Shown here piece by piece: positions 58,689 through 64,000 of a stretch of DNA of 64,000 nucleotides; positions within the stretch are counted from its first letter, which is position 1, and every line of letters begins with the position of its first letter. The stretch is from the human T2T-CHM13v2.0 reference genome, Homo sapiens. The notes beneath the pieces were generated by a model that worked only from the letters and a program-made list of their open reading frames with translations, did no database searches and was not told where the DNA came from. The stretch lies in the NCBI RefSeq assembly GCF_009914755.1, contig NC_060945.1. The stretch is one strand, 5' to 3'. Made by a program: the position numbers and the translations under genes.

Positions 58689-60584
58689 CAATTTGCTTCT
58701 CTCAGTCTATAAACCTCTATTCCACAAAGAGTCAAACATGTATTTAGTTATGCTTTCAAAAATATGGGCATTTGGCCGAGCACAGTGCCTCACACCTGTA
58801 ATCCCAGCACTTTGGGAACCAGAGGCGGTTGGATCACCTGAGGTCAGGAGTTCCAGATCAGCCTGGTCAACATGGTAAAATTCCGTCTCAACTAAAAAGA
58901 AAAAACAATTAGCTGGGCATGGTGATACATGCCTGTAATCCCAACTACTCAGGAGGCTGAGGCAGGAGAATCACTTGAATCCGAGAGGCAGAGGTTGCAG
59001 TGAGCCAAGATCACGCCACTGCACTCCAGCCTGGGCGACAGAACAAGACTCCGTCTCAAAAAAAAAAAAAAAAAAGGCATTTGAAAGATACGGGGATTAA
59101 GTTGCTGATGTCAACATTTCGCTGTCAATTCCAAATGTACTGATTTAAGTATTTAGTAGAATTGTAAATCAGCCTTTAAAAAAAAAAACCACACATGGCC
59201 GGGTGCGGTGGCTCAAGCCTGTAATCCCAGCACTTTGGGAGGCCGAGGCGGACAGACCATGAGGTCAGGCATTCGAGACCAGCCTGGCAAACATGGTGAA
59301 ACCCCGTCTCTACTAAAAATACAAAAATTAGCCAGGCATGGTGGCGCTCACCTGTAATCGCAGCTACTCAAGAGGCTGAAGCAGGAGAATCGCTTGAATC
59401 TGGGAGTCAGAGCTTGCAGTGAGCCGAGATTGCACCACTGCACTCCAGCCTGGGCGACAGAGTGAGACTAAGTCTCAAAAAAAAAAAAAAAAAACCACAC
59501 ATTTTCTAATTCAATTGGTATTCTACCATGTAGCTACTGAAGCATATGTTTTGTTAAATTCCTGTTACCCAAGCACTTCAGAGAGGCACTCCTAGATTCT
59601 GGAGACATTGTGACTTCAGGACCATTTTCAGGTTTGGGCCAGGACAGGTTCTGAAAGATCTACTTCACCTAAAACTAGACAGAAAATGCAGTCCAGTTGG
59701 TACAAGCCTATTAAGAGAAAGGAACAATCCAGGCTGTCCTTCACGCTACGCCCCATGGGTTCTAGTTTATTCTCTCTCAGGGCTGCTTCATGAACTTACT
59801 CTGATAGAGTGGTATTCACGTCCATCTTTTGAGTGTACAAGCCAAATGTGTACCACAGGAACTATCTGAAAGGCTAAAACATGTTGCATAAACAGGTACT
59901 TCCCAAAATATTCTCTTTCTCCATATGCTTATGTGGTTGTATAACAAAAAGATTCATCTGAATAAGTCTTAGGCAGCTATTAGAACTGTTGTATTTTGAT
60001 AAAGGTGTCTTGAGACTAAGGTCATACTTCCTGTGGGTCTGAAATGGACTCTCTCCTGAAAGGATGGCTATTCAGTGTCAGTCATTTAGGAGAAAAGACT
60101 GATCTTTAGATGGGAAACAAAAAACCAAGGCCTGGAAGATAATTTGACTCCAGCAGAAGAGGAAATACTTCTTTCCACATCTAGACTCTGAAGACAGTGT
60201 ATACATTTGTCAGTTGGTCTCTTTCAGTTATAAGTAACAGAAAAGAACATCTCAAACTGGCTTAAATAATGAGTAGGATTCTGTGGCTCATGGAACTGGA
60301 GGATCAGAGTTATCATGGGTGTTATGGTCTGAATGATTATGTCTCCTCAAAACTCTTATGCCAGGGTACTATATTAGTCCATTTTCACACTGCTATAAAA
60401 ACATTACCTGAGCTGGGCGCGGTGGCTCACCCCTATAATCCCAACACTTTGGGAGGACGAGGAGGGCGGACCACGACGTCAGGAGTTCGAGACCAGCCTG
60501 ACCAACATGGTGAAATTCTGTCTCTACTAAAAATACAAAAATTAGCCAGGTGTGGTGGCAGGTGGTTGTAGTCCCAGCTACTCA

Positions 60585-60830
<246 letters not shown>

Positions 60831-61135
60831 TGATTTGTTGTTGTTGTTGTTGTTGTTTTTGGTAGAGACAGAGTTTCACCATGTTTCTCTGGCTGGTCTC
60901 AAACTCCTGGGCTCAAGCAATCCTCCTGCCTTGGTCTCTCAAAATGTTGGGATTACAGGCATGAACCACCGTGCCTGGCCAATCAAAAAGATTTTTTTAA
61001 AAAAATGCATTCAGGGCTGGGGGCGGTGGCTCATGCCTGTAATCTCAGCACTTTGGGAGGCTGAGGCGGGTGGATCACCTGAGGTCAGGAGTTTGAGACG
61101 AGCCTGACCAACATGGAGAAACCCTGTCTCTACTA

Positions 61136-61309
<174 letters not shown>

Positions 61310-61313
61310 TTAG

Positions 61314-61776
<463 letters not shown>

Positions 61777-62317
61777 TGATCCGCCCGCCTGGGCCTCCCC
61801 AAGTGCTGGGATTACAGGCATGAGCCACCGCGCCCGGCCTCGAATTCCCACTTTTAACAAGAGTCACAAAATTACTGCCTTCTAAAATGTTTTTGGAACT
61901 ATAGCTCTTATTAAGCAACATTCCATACTGTTCACAATTTTATTTACAGTGATACTATCATTGTAGAAACCAAATGACAAATCATTCAATAAATTATAAT
62001 CACATATTATGCCAATTAATGCTGCAGCATCTAAGCTAAAGGCCAAAAATTTCTTTTTGAAGGTGTAGTTTTGTTTGTTGTTTTAACTATCACACATTTT
62101 ACAAAATAACACTTTCTTCCAAAATGCAGGTGGTGAGTCCCTCACTTCTGAACCACTTCTGTAACACAGCACTCTGGATTAAAGAAGGAAACACTGCACT
62201 CCAGCCTGGGCAACAACAGCAAAACTCCATTTCAAAAAAACAAAGTGGCCACTGGACCAGGCACAGTGGCTCGCGCCTGTAATCCCAGCACTTTGGGAGG
62301 TTAAGGCAGGTGGATCA

Positions 62318-62536
<219 letters not shown>

Positions 62537-62760
62537 TCAAAAAAAAAAAAAAAAGCGGACACTGGAGTTTTTTTCTAGAATTGCTAAATCAACTAGCTTC
62601 ACTGATTTCTGCAGCCAATAAACCATCAAGTTAGACAGGAAAAAGTAGAATCTGGATGTTTGGTGTGTTTTTCATTCAGTACCCACAGAGAAGGCCCTCA
62701 TAAAAAGAAAAGTACAGTAATTCCAGTAGGCTAATTTTCTGATCTTAATATTTCCACCCA

Positions 62761-63024
62761 TATGGAGGGTGTCCCAAAAGTCTTGGAACGGTTTTGAGCC
62801 TTAATAAGTTCAGGAATATAAATCCAGCAAGCTCGTTTAAAAAAAAAAGTCATCTGGAGGTTTAATTGGTTAAATTTCATAACACTTCAGTTTTGTGACT
62901 TTTGATAACATATTTTTCGGTTTCCCTGTTGTTTAAGTACCTATGTTTGAAAATGGCAACAGTCACTGCTTTTAAGTTAGTTATTACAGCTCAAAACTGC
63001 ACCAAAACTTTTGGAATTCATGTA
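62761..63024. mobile_element. Tc1/mariner-type MITE with terminal inverted repeats
   Basis: Arms 62774-62799 and 62989-63014 match at 22 of 26 bases as reverse complements; TA at both outer ends. Confidence 0.65.
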
Positions 63025-63129
63025 TGATTCCTAAGTCAGAAACCTGATCCTAGCTCATTTCACTGGATGACCAACATTTTAACACTAGAATGAACTAAAT
63101 TATTTTCTTTAGAAGTTTCAGTTATTTTT

Positions 63130-63861
<732 letters not shown>

Positions 63862-64000
63862 GGAGTTTCAGTTATTTTCTTTTCTTGCTATATCCTCAGG
63901 ACAAACCTGATAGGTTTCTCACTCACACATCATTGGCTATGTGATTAGTTTTGTGATAAGTACAATGGCACAATTCTTAAATTCTTGTATTATAGCAATA

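Overview
Human (or very close great-ape) genomic DNA from the IFNGR2-TMEM50B-DNAJC28 region of 21q22.11, very Alu-dense (roughly 90-100 copies or fragments by eye). The + strand carries the last exon and 3' UTR of IFNGR2. The - strand carries the complete 7-exon TMEM50B gene (158-aa CDS reconstructed across six GT-AG coding exons) with its CpG-island promoter, a frameshifted RPS5 processed pseudogene, and probably the distal 3' UTR of DNAJC28. The rest is Alu, old L1, L2, MIR, LTR and DNA-transposon sequence, including an Alu-interrupted HSMAR2-like mariner. No new protein-coding system is supported. The best leads are regulatory: (1) a perfect 14-bp complementarity between the starts of TMEM50B exon 2 (5' UTR) and exon 4; (2) two uORFs immediately before the TMEM50B start; (3) an inverted-Alu pair bracketing the TMEM50B poly(A) signals, followed by an Alu-derived donor and an 84-nt exon heading antisense into IFNGR2; (4) a duplicated CCAAT/GC-box promoter module; (5) an intron 1 that appears about 9-10 kb longer than the reference as I remember it. 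Repeat family names and repeat boundaries are by eye and approximate.
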